Part shown: piece by piece, positions 27,093-40,007 of the stretch | Layout of the letters: each line of letters starts with the position of its first letter | Numbering within the stretch: position 1 is the first letter of the stretch | DNA from: Mobula hypostoma | Taxonomy: Eukaryota | Assembly (NCBI RefSeq): GCF_963921235.1 | Contig: NC_086097.1 | Span: 71,364,001 to 71,428,000 of the forward strand | Direction of reading: 5' to 3' | DNA length: 64,000 bases | Position numbers and translations under genes: made by a program | The notes under the pieces: generated by a model | What the model saw: only the letters and a program-made list of their open reading frames with translations | Database searches by the model: none | What the model was told of the DNA's origin: nothing

Positions 27093-27222
27093 GGAAGTAG
27101 CTCGGAAAATGTGTAGATCAGGTGATTATTGGTTGGGTTGAGTTGTTCTCCCATCTTGGCAATTCATTTGCAAACGTCTTGTCACCATAAGAGGAGACAT
27201 CATCCGTGTGCTGTTCACTTGT
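27093..27222 (-). mobile_element. 130-bp Penelope terminal-repeat-like insertion with 10-bp TSD and decayed hammerhead motif
   Basis: GATTGAATCT at 27083-27092 and 27223-27232. Minus strand reads CGGATGA-TGTCTCC.CTTAT.GGTGAC-AAGAC-GTT-TGCA. Confidence 0.7.
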
Positions 27223-30200
27223 GATTGAATCTCTCATGACTAATCCTTAGTACATGGGGCAGAATAATCCCCAGAGTTATGTCTGGGAATACAGGCAGTC
27301 TACCCTCTTTCCCTAGGTGAGTAAAAAATTGTTTTTGTTGTTAGTTGAATTTGGAGAATAGTCCATTGAATGTTAATAGTTCAGCAGCTAGTCTGTGTAT
27401 GCGAAGGGGAAGAAACCTTTAAAATAAGGGGGGGGGGATAATTTATAAATTCATGTTTTTTTTAAACTTTACAGGCAACTGTCAGTACTGTGTGTTCTGT
27501 ACTGAACGTAATGTGAGAGGGCAGAGAGGGCATTCTAGCTAGATGACTTACTAGTAAAATAAACAGCAGTACGTTTGTTCCCCCCCCCCCCACCATCTCC
27601 CCGTCTCTTGTGTGTGATATTCACGGCCACCCGGCTTCCCAGTACCACAAACATAACACCTTGGAGCATTCCGGATCTCTCCAGCTCAGGTTTCATCTCA
27701 CAAAAATCTGGCAAGGATATTAACACCATAAAGGTGTGATATACTGGTTCCAAACAGATTCCACTTAGTAACCTCCCATGGAATTAGTTGAAGATCAACA
27801 GAGTTTGAACCTTATGAGTTAACAGTAATTACATCAGAAATACTTCCTGTGCATCATAACTCACCACTAAATGACCGTACCTAGGAAACTGGAAGATATC
27901 ACCCACAGGCTCACTCTGTACAACCCAGTCTCAGTACAGATAATACCAAAAATAACAAACCAAAAGAACAAAACAATCTAAATATGAAATAATGTTTCAG
28001 TGAGTTAAGACATAAATAGCAATATCTAAGTAGAGCTGTCAAACATCAGGTGACACACACTAAAAATGTTTATTTTCAAATGTAAAACAGTTAATTAATC
28101 TTGTCTGAATTGACATGTATTATTTAGAAACATGTTTTATATTACATATTTTTGAATTATAGAGCATATTTAATAGATTTATATTTATATTTTTAATAAG
28201 CCAGTAGAAATTAGTTTTGAGCCCTTGACTGTTATGTATCATGCAGAATTACAGTTATTTACACCTTAATAATATAGAGCATCTGAGTAATGTGACATGT
28301 ATAGAAGAAACCTAATTCCATGGAATAATACTCCCTCAAGCATTTTTTGTCTGTTTGCCAGTTCTGCTGTAATGAAGAACACAATAGAGTTCACGTGTAA
28401 TTTTAAGAAAGCGTGGGAAACATGAAGTTTTAATTGGTTATTATCAATTGTGCTACATAAAGTATGGTTTCATTCTATGTATATTAGATCTATGATTCTT
28501 ATACCTTCATAAATATAGAATAAAGAAATAAATAATATTTGGTTTCAAGGTTAAAAAAAGCCTTTAAAATATACTGTGTTCTCATGTAAACTAAAACAGT
28601 GATTCATTCATTCTTATACCAGAACTGTCGAGCCATTCAATATATTTTAGATAAAACTTAAAATAGTTGTGTTCAGCCGTAAGTTCTGGTGAAACAAAGT
28701 ATATCAGAAGTGTGAAATACTGTAAATAAATGAAAGAAAAGATCTACAAATGTACTTTTGACTTCTATTTGCATACAGTGGACTAGGTATTAAATGTAGT
28801 CATATACTTTGAGGAAAATGTCATTAAAATGCTCTTATTGTGATGTGGTATCTAGAGACTACTTTTTAGATGTATATGAATGTAAACTGGTCATGAACAG
28901 AAAATGACCAGTTTGCATTTACATAGGCGTGAATAACCTATGCAAGATTGATCTTGTAAAGTTCATGCATAAGATTTGGGTTAGCTGTACATTTTCGTGA
29001 CTTCGAGTCAAGTGCATGGTAAGCTTTTTGATTACTTTATCGTGTCAGCAAGGGATCATTTTCAGTAGACCTCAACGATTCAAGTTTGATTGCATTTCTT
29101 AACAAAAAGTACTCAGTTTTTGAAAGGGAGCTGTAATTGGCTACACCAAGCAATGGAAATCATTCTGGATGTGATTGTAACTTGCTGCAGGAAGAGATGG
29201 TCGCATGGTTTTTAGCTGGATCACTGTAAGAGATGAAATGGAACCAAGAGTTCCTCTTTCCGCAGGGGCCAGGACCGACTTCAGCCAGATGATGAAAATA
29301 CAGTGAAAAGAAACCATTTTAGATAAGAAAGTAAAGAATGTAATCTCAAAGAAACACAGCAAAACTCACCAAACATTAATGACACTGACATATGGTTGAA
29401 GTCAGACTATGCCTTAAAATACCTTTGCCTTGCAATGCACACCACTAGACTCACTGGATGTTCAATGTATCTCACCTACCAAAAGTCCAATTATAAATCC
29501 AATTGGGGATTTGCTATTCATTATCCCACCACACGGTCACACTTTCACTACCACTGAAAGCTTCACACCCACATCACATAGCCTACACATTCTAACAACT
29601 GTTCATCAAAGGGAACTGGATCATCCAACTACTCTTAAACAAATAACTCCTCTCATGAAGAAGGTGGTGGACAACGAGAGCAACAAAACTCTTGGTGAGG
29701 CCATTGGCAATGGTGACGAAAAGGAACTTTATACAGCAGCAAGGCCTTTCTACTACCTGCTTCCATAGTACTCAAGTTAGGGGTATGGTATGACAAAGGC
29801 AATGGGTCATTTAAGATGACAAAAAGTTCAATTTTATCCTTATTCTTACAATCTACTTTCCACCTCTTCACAAATTTCTGAAACTTATGAGCTGCCAGCA
29901 GATGAAAGTGTGCACCTGTTATTCTCCCCTTTCAGATTGCCAAGCCCAGCAAATCCTGGCCAGGCTGAAGGGAAAGAGTATGAAGATGGAATAACACCGT
30001 CACTTGATTTGACACTCAAAATTACCAGCTTAGATAAAGATAACCTTGGAGGTTGCGTGAGTGACAAGGTTAGCATGGTGCATCAGTATGCCTGAATGGC
30101 CCATATCCAGGGCCATTGAAAGAGTGTAGTCAGCTTCCCAGAAGGGTGTGCAGGAGATCATCTTGAACTTACTACACATCAAACCATTAAGTGAATGGGC

Positions 30201-31124
30201 TGCAGCAGGAGAAGACCACAAACGTACACTCAGGGTGCATAGTGTTTCATCCAGCTGCAATACACTCTTTCAGTACCACACCAAGATACCAGCAAGGCTT
30301 TGAGCTAACTCTTTGTACTGAGGTGTTGAACTATCAATCCTCTGACTCAAAGTTATCTGTGGTACCACTGAGCCTCAGTTATCCAAAAATAAAATTGATC
30401 TTCTCCCAAAACAGTGTTACTGCCAAGGCATTATGAAAATCAAAATCTGCAGATGCTGGAAACCTAAAATAAAAGCAGAAACTGCTGAAAGCAGTCAGAA
30501 GGTCAAACAGCATCTGAGGATAGGGAAACACAGTTAACATTTCAGATCAGAACTAAAATTTATTGTCAAGAGAATTGCCTCCAATTTAAATTTTATAAGC
30601 CTTTCTATAATTGATAATGGGTAAAATAATTCCACTGAAACTAAAACTGAACCAAAAATAAAATTTGATAATAGAATTTGTTTATTGTAACAGGAATGGG
30701 TTAGTTGAAAATATTACATATGTTGAGCTAGGATTTCATCTAATTTGTGGTTTTTATCTGTTTTATTCTGCAGCCAACTTTGATCTTGCATATTGGAACT
30801 TCCATACCAGTGATGATGTAACCAGTCAGAATATTCTCCAAGTGAATTTCTGTAGAAATTTTCTAGACATACCAAATCTCCTGAAGGTCGTTAATGAAGA
30901 AACGACACTGACATGCCTTCTTTTGTCATTGAATCAATTGTCAGAATAGAACCTTTGAGATGGTGATGCCTTGGAACTTGAAGCTCCTCACATTTTCCAC
31001 TGCTGACCCCTGAATGAGGACTGATGTATTGCACAGTGAGGGCACTTGTAAAGGTCCCTTGCTTTGTTAATGTTGGGTATAAGACACATCTTCTCTTGTA
31101 GCTCAACTACTATGATCTCTTGGA

Positions 31125-31410
31125 CACAAGAGATTCTGCAGATGCTGGAAGTCCAGAGTAACACACACAGAGTACTGGAGGGTCTCAGTAGGTCAGGCAG
31201 TGTCCATGGAGAGGAATAGAAAGTCTGCATTTCAGGCTGAGATGCTCCTTCAGGACTGGAAAGGAAGAGAGTAGAAGGCAGAATAAGAAGGTGGGGGAGG
31301 GAAAGAGTACAAGTTAGACAGTAATAGGTGAAGCCAGGTGAGGAGGCAAGTAGGTGGAGGGGGAATGAAGTAAGAAGCTGGGAGGTGATGGGTGGAAAAG
31401 TTGAAGGGTC
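31125..31410 (-). mobile_element. Penelope-like element 3' terminal fragment
   Basis: Same family as 38025-38859: pyrimidine-rich segment, CAGTCCTGA..G..CTCAGCCTGAAATGCAGACT, then CTGCCTGACCTACTGAG.CCCTCCAG. Confidence 0.75.
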
Positions 31411-31499
31411 TTCTTTACCCTTCTTCTCTTTAATGCCCTGAATAGGTCCTTACTTAAGATCTTTGCAAAAGAACTTGTGTGATCATGCACTCTGTCTCT

Positions 31500-32100
31500 T
31501 GAAGATGTCCTCAATGGTGGGGTGGTTTATAACCCTCTGCAGCCTCTTGTGATCCTGTGCACTGGATGCTGAATATTAACCAGTGATGCAACCAGTTAGA
31601 ATGGTCTCCACAGTACATTTGCAGAAATTTGCAAGAGACTTGGTGATATACAAAATCTCCTCAAACTCCCAATGAAGTAGAGCTGCTAGTTTGACTTCTT
31701 TGGGACTGCATCAACGTTTGGGGCTCAGGATAGATCTTCTGAGATATTGACACCCAGGAATTTGAAGCTGTTTACCCTTTCCACTGCTGATCCCTCAGTG
31801 AGGACTGGTAAATTTTCTCCCAAGAGAACAATCGTTTCTTTGGTCTCGATGACATTGTGAAGTTATTGTTGTGACACCACTCAACCAACTGATATATCTC
31901 ACTCCTGCAACCTCCTTCTTGTCATCTGAGATTCTGCGAACAACAGTGGTGTCAACAGAGCAGTGGGCCAAGCACATATCTTTGAGGCATGCATCTATTA
32001 ATTGTCATTGAGGAGGAGATGCTATTACTGATCTGCCATGACTGTGGTCTTCCTATAAGGAAGTTGAGCATCCTGTTAAAGAGGGATATACAAAGGCCAA
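31500..32100 (-). mobile_element. Decayed Rex1/Babar LINE fragment
   Basis: VDTTVVRRISDD, KFLGV.I, WS..V...KK..Q.L.F remnants on the minus strand. Confidence 0.75.
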
Positions 32101-33039
32101 CGGTTTAAAACTTACCAAATTAATTACCGAATGGATGCCAAAAATTCATAAAGGCTTACTCAGCAGTGCAAGGGGACTCTCTACTATAGAGAAAGATTTG
32201 TGAAGCACCTATCTATAGGTCATACAACATATGAACCTCAAAATATATTGTTATTTTACTGAGGATCACATACACATCAATTCAAGTCCATTGTTGAGTG
32301 ATTTGTCACAAAACCTTTTTCAAATAATAATGACCCACCTCCATCTGTAGTTCTCTTGCTTTGAAAACAATATTTTATTACATCACAGGCATCTTCTATA
32401 ATGACTTACCTGTTCACTTTTCTGCATTAAGGCTAACATCAATATTTTCTTTTTCTTAGAAGGCAGCTTTTAAATAATAAAGTTCTCACTTTCAAATCAT
32501 GGCTTCTCTCCTTCATCCTTCTGATATTTCTGAAAACATTTTACTTACCTTGATAACTCCAGTATTAGTCAAAATCTCCATTGCCACGACTTCCTCAGTC
32601 ACCTAGCCCCAGTTCATTGGGACACCACATCTGCTCAACTTTATCATCTTTTCCTTTTCAGCCCTTCCTTACATTTTTAGATAACAACTGCTCTGCAGTC
32701 CTAACCTAGAATTCTTTTCCCTCGTCATCCAGTATCTTCTGAAAATTTTTTCATACTCGTATTTTGCATATAATATATAATATTAACTAACCAGTGGCCA
32801 GGTTATTCACTGTTGGAGACCCAACTTCTGACCTACCCTTGTAAGTTCGGTTTTCTTTACATGGATGAAAGAAAAACAGAAAATGTTGGAAACACTTGGC
32901 AGGTCAGACGGACTGTGTGGAAAAGGAAACAGTTAACATTTTGGGTTAGGAACCCTTTGTTAGATCCTGAACTGGACCCTTTGGCTGGCCCAGATGAGTT
33001 TCAATGGTGCATTATGATTAGGTTTACGTGGGGCAGAAT

Positions 33040-35060
33040 GATGGTAATGTTATAGGATGTCAAGGGGAGTGTTTAGATTCTCACTTGTTGTAGATGGACG
33101 TGGTCTGACACCTTGGTGATGTGAATGTTACATTCATTGACAGCATAGCCCGAATATTGTCTATGTGCACTACATGCAGGCATGGACTGCAACAATTTAG
33201 TGGTGTTCTGAATGAAATTGAACATTGTGTCATCATCAACAAATATGCCCATTTCTAACCTTATGTTAGAAGGAAGGTCAATGATAAAGCCGCTAGAGGT
33301 GTTTAGGTCTAGCAGAAGTCCTGAGGGGCTCCTATAGTGATGTCCTAAACTGATTTGATTGATTTCCAATAACTACAAGTATTTTCCTTCAGATGACAAG
33401 AACTTTTTTTTCCCCCACTATTAATGACCACTAACTTTAGATGCACACTTAAATTCTTCTTCAATGTCAAGGGCAGTAATTTGCACTTCATCACTACAAT
33501 TCAGCATATTGTGCTACATTTGAACCAAGACCTTGATGAGGTCAAGTGATCTGCTGAGACTCAAAATGTGTACCAGTGAGTAGGTTTAACAGGAAAAATG
33601 TTGATTCTTCATATGGCATCTGTTCTGCCCCGTGACCTCAAAAAATTGCTTTGAGTTGTGGACACTACTCGGCACATCACAAAAACCAGCCTCCTCTCCA
33701 GTGACTCTGTCTACACTTCTCACTGCCTCAGTAAAGCAACCAGCATAATCAAAGACATTCTCTCTTCTCCCTCCTCAGGCGGAAGATACAAAAGCCTGAA
33801 AGCATGTACCACTGGGCTCAAGGCCACTTTCTACCATGCTGTTGCAAGACTATGGAATAATTTCCTAGTACAAGAAGATGAACTCTTAACCTCACGGTCT
33901 ACCTCACTGTGACCTTACACCTTAATGTCTACCTGCACTGCACTTTCTCTATATTGTAACATTTTATTCTGCATTCTGTTTTTATTTTGCCTGTACTACC
34001 TCAATGCACTGTTGTAATGAATTGATCCATGTGCATGGTATTCAAGGCAAGTTTTTCACTGTACCTTGGTATATGTGACAAGAATAAACCAATTTATTTA
34101 ACTGCATTGATTTGATGATGATTAAGAACAGGCTGAGTGGTCAGTGATTAGCTAGATCGGATTTGTCCTGCTCTCTGATAACCCTAGGATATACCATGGG
34201 AATTTTCCACATTGTCAGAGAGATGTCAGCGCTCTAACTGTATTGGAACAGGCTGGCTGGAAGCACAGCTAGCTCTGAAGCACAAGCCTTCAGTAGAACA
34301 ACTAGCATATTATTTGGTCCCACAGGCTTGCTTCAATCCATTTGTTCATGTTGTTCCATGAAGTGAAACGAATTGGCGGAAGACTGATTTCTGTGCTGCT
34401 CTTAATCTTAGGAGAAGCCAGTAGAGTTTGGGCGATCAGCACCTCTGGCTGAATAGGGTTTGCAAATGCTTCAGCCTTGTCTTCAGCACCCACGTACTGG
34501 GCACCCCCATCAGTGAGGATGAGGGTGTGCTTTCCATCAGCTGTTAACTGTCCTCCACCATTCACAGCCACATATGACAGGATTGCATGGGTTTGATCTT
34601 ACCCATTGCTTGTGCATTCACTTTGCTCAATTTATTCCATGCTGTTTTGCTGTTTAGCGCACGGGTAGCCCTGAGCTGCAGTATCATCATTTTAGGGTAT
34701 TGCTAGTGCCGTTCCCCATAAGCCCTTCTGCACATATCATTTAATTGGAGATGATCGCTGACTTGCCAGTGGCTGTGGAGTCAGGAACATGCTGACTGAC
34801 CCATGAGGATGGAGATTGTGGCATTGCATGTTTCTGCTTTTTCTGATAGTCCACAGTGCCTCAGAGACACCCAGTTTTGAGCTACCAAATCTGTTCTGTG
34901 CCTGTTTCGCAAAACATGATGGAGGTGAGAAAATGGCACTCAGTTTCAACAAGGATTGCAGGGTGGCCCTTACCCCAGTGTTGCCTTAGGTAAATTGAGG
35001 GTGGGATCAAGTATGCCATGTGTTGGTTCATTCAGTATCTACAGCAGATCTCATCTGGCA
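33040..35060 (-). mobile_element. Ancient CR1/L2-group LINE remnants, with a Rex 3' fragment inserted at ~33650-34095 (+)
   Basis: Minus ORF 33073-33369 FIIDLPSNIRLEMGIFVDD (RT motif). ORF 34302-34571 LTDGGAQYVGAEDKAEAFA. Plus ORF 33658-33912 SGGRYKSLKA.TT.LK.TFY...RLWN. Confidence 0.65.
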
Positions 35061-35074
35061 GCTACATCATTCAA

Positions 35075-35666
35075 AGTTCAAAGTGCAAGTTAAGCTTCTA
35101 TCAAATTACAGATTATTTGTATCACCATATACAATCCTGAGATTTGTATCTTTGTGAACGTTCACAGTAAATACAAGAAACATATTGAATCAATGGTGCA
35201 TCAAACAGGATAGAGAAGCGACCAATGTGGAAAAGATAACAAACTGTGTAAATACAAAATGAAAGAAAAAAGTGAAATAATAATATAATAAATAAATAAG
35301 CAATAAATATTGAGGGCATGAGATGAAGAGCCCTTGAAAGTGAGCTCACATGTTGGGGGGAATGCTTCAATGATGGGGCAATAGTTCATGAGATGGATGG
35401 TTGAGGTTCCTGAACCTGTTGGTGTGGGTCTTGAGGCTCCTGTACCTTCTACCTGATGGCAGCAATGAGAAGACGGCATGACCTGAATGGTGGGCATCCC
35501 TATTGAAGGATGCTGCCCTCATGCGACAGCACTTCTTGTAGATGTGCTCGGTGAGTGTATTACCTGTGATGAACTGGGCTGTATCCATGATTTTTTATAG
35601 GATTTTCCAATCAAGGGCACTGGTGTTTCCACACCAGGCTGTGATGCAACCAGTCAATATACTATC
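35075..35666 (-). mobile_element. Rex1/Babar LINE 3' half; host of Gypsy copy A (5' half at 40015-40380)
   Basis: SILTGCITAW.GN...MDTAQFITG...LLPSGRRYRSLKTHTNRF continues the YRC..E reading at 40015-40040. Confidence 0.88.
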
Positions 35667-38024
35667 TATTGTGCCTGTGCACAGCTACATATCGATTAGA
35701 TAAAAGCACGCATGTGGGGGATGGTTTTAACTGGTGTATTCACATTGCAGAGATAGAGAGAGAACAATGCGAATGTGTAGACAACAGCGCATGCACAGAC
35801 AACAGATCAATATGTAGTGCTGGTGGGGGGGGGCGCGGGTCATTGTTCTAAAAGAAATAGATCCATACATTACACTTCCTCCTCCTTTAGATTAATCCAA
35901 CATAATACTGTATTTGCACAAGACATTCAATTTCCCTTTCATAAACCCCTATTCCAAATAAACATGCATTCACAATAATAGTCCATAAGTAACTTCACAG
36001 TTCTAAAGATTCAGTGTTTGAGTGACACTCTGTTTCTTTCAGGATTACGTATCTGGACCTGTGGAGTGGCAACAGGTTTAGCAGTGTCCTGTCTAAGGCA
36101 ATGTTCTTGGTTTCCTGTGTCACGCTGCTGTTAGTGACATGGTCATCACAGAGAGGTAAGTCCGGTGGCTGTAATGTGTCCGTCTTCTTGGATGCAGTTG
36201 AGCATCCAGTATCTGGTCCACATGACATCTCCATGTCTGATCTCCAACTTCCACTGTGTACATCAGTGGTCCAATTCTTGTAGCTATCCTACTGGGTGTC
36301 CACTTGTCTTCTCGGTAATCAAACATGAGGACTTCCTGTCCAATCTCAAAGCTCCTTGCTGCTTCACTGGCAATTGGCTGATCTGTTTATTCTGTACTTC
36401 CCTCCAGAGGTCTGGTTTCAAGAGATCTACGTGAGATCTCAAATTCCTGCTCATGAATAGCATTGTAGATATTTGTCGCTGCAGGAACAGAGTTGCAATA
36501 TACAAAAAGGAAGTTGTCCACATTGTGCTGTAGAGAAATGTCCTCATCGTCCATCACTTTAATTGACTTCTTGAGGGTTTGGATAAACCTTTCAGCTAAC
36601 CCATTCATTGCTGGGTAGTGAGGAGGTGACTTGAGATGTCTGATGCCATTTTTCTTCATGAACAGTCAGAATTCTTCTGACGTGTATTGTGGTCCGTTGT
36701 CATTCACAATTTGTTCTGGTAAACCATTTCTGATGAAGATAGTCCTCAGGGCAGAGACAGTCTTTGCTGAACTGGTTGACTTTGGTTGACTTCATTGGAA
36801 TAACATCTGGCCACTTTGAATGAGATTCACAGCAATGAGGAACATGGAGTCCATGACTGCACAGCAAAGTCAATATGTACTCTTTGCCATGGTGAAGATG
36901 GCCACTTCATTGGGCGTAATAGTGCCAGTAGGGGTGCATTTTGAATTTTTTGACATCCAGAACAGCATTTGGCTAAGCCTTCGATCTTTTTGTCTATTCC
37001 CTTCTCAAACATCTTTGCATTAGCTTTAAGCAGCTGTGACAATCCCTGGTTAGTGCTACCATTTGGGCTGCAGTCCCCTGCTGATGCCACATTGAGAGCT
37101 TTGACTGAGTGCCGGATAGTTGGATTTATCTCACCTATTCACTTCCGAAAAGTGCTGGCCCTCCGTTTATCAATATATAAAGCTCTAACTACATCATATT
37201 TACTTTCAGCTTGCCTTTGGGAGACAGTTTTTCGCCTGTGTAGGTCTTTAGCATCACTGAGGTCTTCTCTAATGGAAACTTAGGAAACAATCTGTTGTAG
37301 TCAGCCTGTGAAATTATAGACAAAGCTGACCCTGTGTCCAGTTCAATTTTTAGTTTTACACCAGACACATCTATTGTGATCCAAATGATTTTGTCATCTG
37401 CTTCAGTAATACTATATAATTCTCTGAATGACAGCTCACCTTCCTCATACTCTGTGTTGTTTGTTTCACACTCGGTCACTTTATGCATTTGTTTAGCTTT
37501 GTGTCTGAAACTCTTCACCCTGTGTGGTTTTTCTCTTTGGTTGGGCTTTTTATCTGCCTTGCACATTCTCTCTATGTGACCTCGTCTGTGACAGTCTCTG
37601 CACACTTGTTCCTTGAACCAATGGTCATTTGCATTATGGGAGGAGTTGCCACATTGATAACAGTTTTAGCTTTTTGCACTGTTCAGGGACATCTTGTGCA
37701 TTTCACATTCTAACCTCCTTTTCTGTAGTTCTGCTGTATCCTTTGCTGCAGCCTGTAACAATATTGCAATGGTCAATGCCCATTCAAAGGTTATGTCTCT
37801 TTTGAACAGTAGCCTCTTTGGAGTGCTTTGACTATACGTGCCACATATAAGCCTGTCCCTTAATGCATCAGAAATTCTGTCTCTAAAGTCACAGTCCTGG
37901 GAGAGTGTACACAGTTCTCCTATGTATTCAGAAATGCTTTCATCCCTTGACTGGTTCTTTTTGTAAAATCTAAATATCTCAGTTATTACCAGTGCTTTAA
38001 GACCCATGGTATTTTGTAAAATTC

Positions 38025-38859
38025 ACATCTCCCCGCACCCCCCCCCCCACTCCACTTGCTGCTTTCCACAGGAATCTCTCCTTACACAACTCCCTGGTCC
38101 ATTCAACCCTCCCCACTGATCTCCCTCCTGGCAAGCAGAATAAGTGCTACACCTACCCCTACAGCTCCTCCTTAATTACCACTTAGGGCCCCAAACAGTC
38201 CTTCCAGGTGAGTCAACACTTCACTGGTGAGTCTGATGGGGTCATCTATTGTATCCAGTGCACCCGATGTGGCCAATGGTGAGACCCAACATAGACTGGA
38301 AGACTGCTGAGCACCTTGTGAAGTGGCAACTCATTTTAATTCCATTTCCCATTCCTGTACTGGCATGTCCATCCTTGGCCTCCTCATTGTCATGATGAGG
38401 CTTCACTCAAGTTGAAGGAGCAAAAAATTATATTCTGTCTGGGTAGCTTCATGATGATATGAGCTCGATTTCTCAAACTTCTGGTAATTGTTCCCCCCTT
38501 CTCTATTCCCCATCCCCTTTGCCCTCTCTCACCTTATCTCCTTGCCTGCTCATTGAATCTCTCTGGTGATCCTCCCTCTTTTTCTTTCTTCCATGGCTGT
38601 CTGTCCTCTCCTATTAGATTCCCCCTTCTCCAGCCCTGTATCTCTTTCACCAATCAACTTCCTAGCTCTTTACTTGACCTCACCTCTCCCCTTCCCAGTT
38701 TCACCTATCAACTTCCTCCCCTCCCTCCACCTTCTATCTCTGACTCCTCATCTTATTTTCTCCAGTCCTGCTGAAGGGTGTCAGCCCAAAACATTGACTA
38801 TACTCTTTTCCATAGATGTTGCCTGGGCTGCCGAGGTCCTCCAGCATTTTGTGCATTGT
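38025..38859 (+). mobile_element. 5'-truncated Penelope-like element (GIY-YIG remnant plus terminal repeat) inserted in Gypsy gag, 11-bp TSD
   Basis: GPKQSFQVSQHFTGESDGVIYCIQCTRCG..GETQHRL from ~38186. TSD TTGTAAAATTC at 38014-38024 and 38860-38870. Hammerhead-like motif at 38764-38799. Confidence 0.88.
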
Positions 38860-39432
38860 TTGTAAAATTCTACCAATTTCATCGAACAGCTTACTTGCTG
38901 GCTTTGCAGGGGTTATAGGTTGTGTAAGAAACTGTACATCCTTGCACCCATTTAAGCTCAGAAGCGTTGGGGATTTCTTTTGCTCCTCCATGTTGTTCGT
39001 GTTACAATACAGTTCCACCCTCTCAATATATGACTCCTAACTCTCATTAGTGCTATCAAATTCATCAACTTTCCCAACTGAAGCCATCGCCACGTTACTC
39101 TCGCTTTAAATTCCGTGTGTCTTTCACTATGTACTTTGAACTGTATTCACACCTTTGTTAGAGTCCATGATGGCTTTCTCGTGCTGTTTAACTCTCGTTG
39201 TTTTGTCTCATAACTGTCGGTGCAGTTTGTGATATTTTCTGACATTCAGGTTTGTACTCATCACTAATTTTTGTGTCTTTGTACAACTGCATAGCAATTA
39301 AATAAAAACATGCACGCAGGAGATGGTTTTAACTGGTGTAACCACATTGCAATGAGAGAGAGAGCAATGCACGTGTGTAGACAACTTAAGGGCGGGGAGG
39401 GGGTTATTTCTGTAAAATAAATAAATCCATAT

Positions 39433-40007
39433 TTTTAGCTATTTCAGACCCTGGTCAGACCCCACTTGGAGTACTGTGCTCAGTTCTGGTCGCCTCACTA
39501 CAGGAAAGATGTGGAAGCCATAGAAAGGGTGCATGGTATTTACAAGGATGTTGCATGGATTGGGGAGCATGCCTTATGAAAACAGTTTGAGTGAACTCGG
39601 CCTTTTCTCCTGGGAGCGACGGAGGATGAGAGGTGCCTTGATAGAGGTGTATAAGATGATGAGAGGCATTGTTCATGTGGATAGTCAGAGGCTTCTTCCC
39701 AGGGCTGAAATGTTTGCCACAAGAGGACACAGGTATAAGGTGCCGGGGAGTAGGTACAGAGGAGATGTCAGGGGTAAGTATTTTACTCAGAGAGTGGTTA
39801 GTGCATGGAATGGGCTGCCAACCACAGTGGTGGAGCCGGATACGATAGGGCCTTTTAAGAGACCTTTGGATAGGTACATGGAGCTCAGAAAAATAGAGGG
39901 CTATAGGTAAGCCTAGTAATTTCTAAGGTAGGGACATGTTTGGCACAACTTCGTGGGCCAAAGGGCCTACATTGTGCTATAGGTTTTCTATGTTTCTATT
40001 TTCTATG
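39433..40007 (+). mobile_element. 5'-truncated CR1 LINE inserted in the 5' LTR of Gypsy copy A
   Basis: [17 protein letters not shown]...RMRGALIEVYK...FTQRVVSAWNGLP. TTTCTATG tail. Absent from the equivalent site of copy B (48936-48950). Confidence 0.93.

Larger units (their letters stand above)
22390..27658 (+). mobile_element. Complete but decayed Gypsy (Ty3) LTR retrotransposon with short LTRs (22390-22523, 27491-27658) and TSD CCTTG
   Basis: LTRs TG...CATAACA share ACGGCCACCC.GCTTCCCAG.ACCACAAACATAACA. CCTTG at 22385-22389 and 27659-27663. Domain order is protease (MQVDMGVAVS), RT (LQCYLDD), RNase H, integrase (LHAGHCGVV..YFWWPG, HPWEW, SDNGPQ). Purine tract near 27400-27440. Confidence 0.93.

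Noticed and set aside
29936..30056. Exon-like segment (ttcag|LPSPANPGQAEGKEYEDGITPSLDLTL...|gtgagt)
   Set aside because: Isolated, with no partner exons. It reminds me of decayed Harbinger-associated repeat sequence in sharks, but I cannot support either reading.
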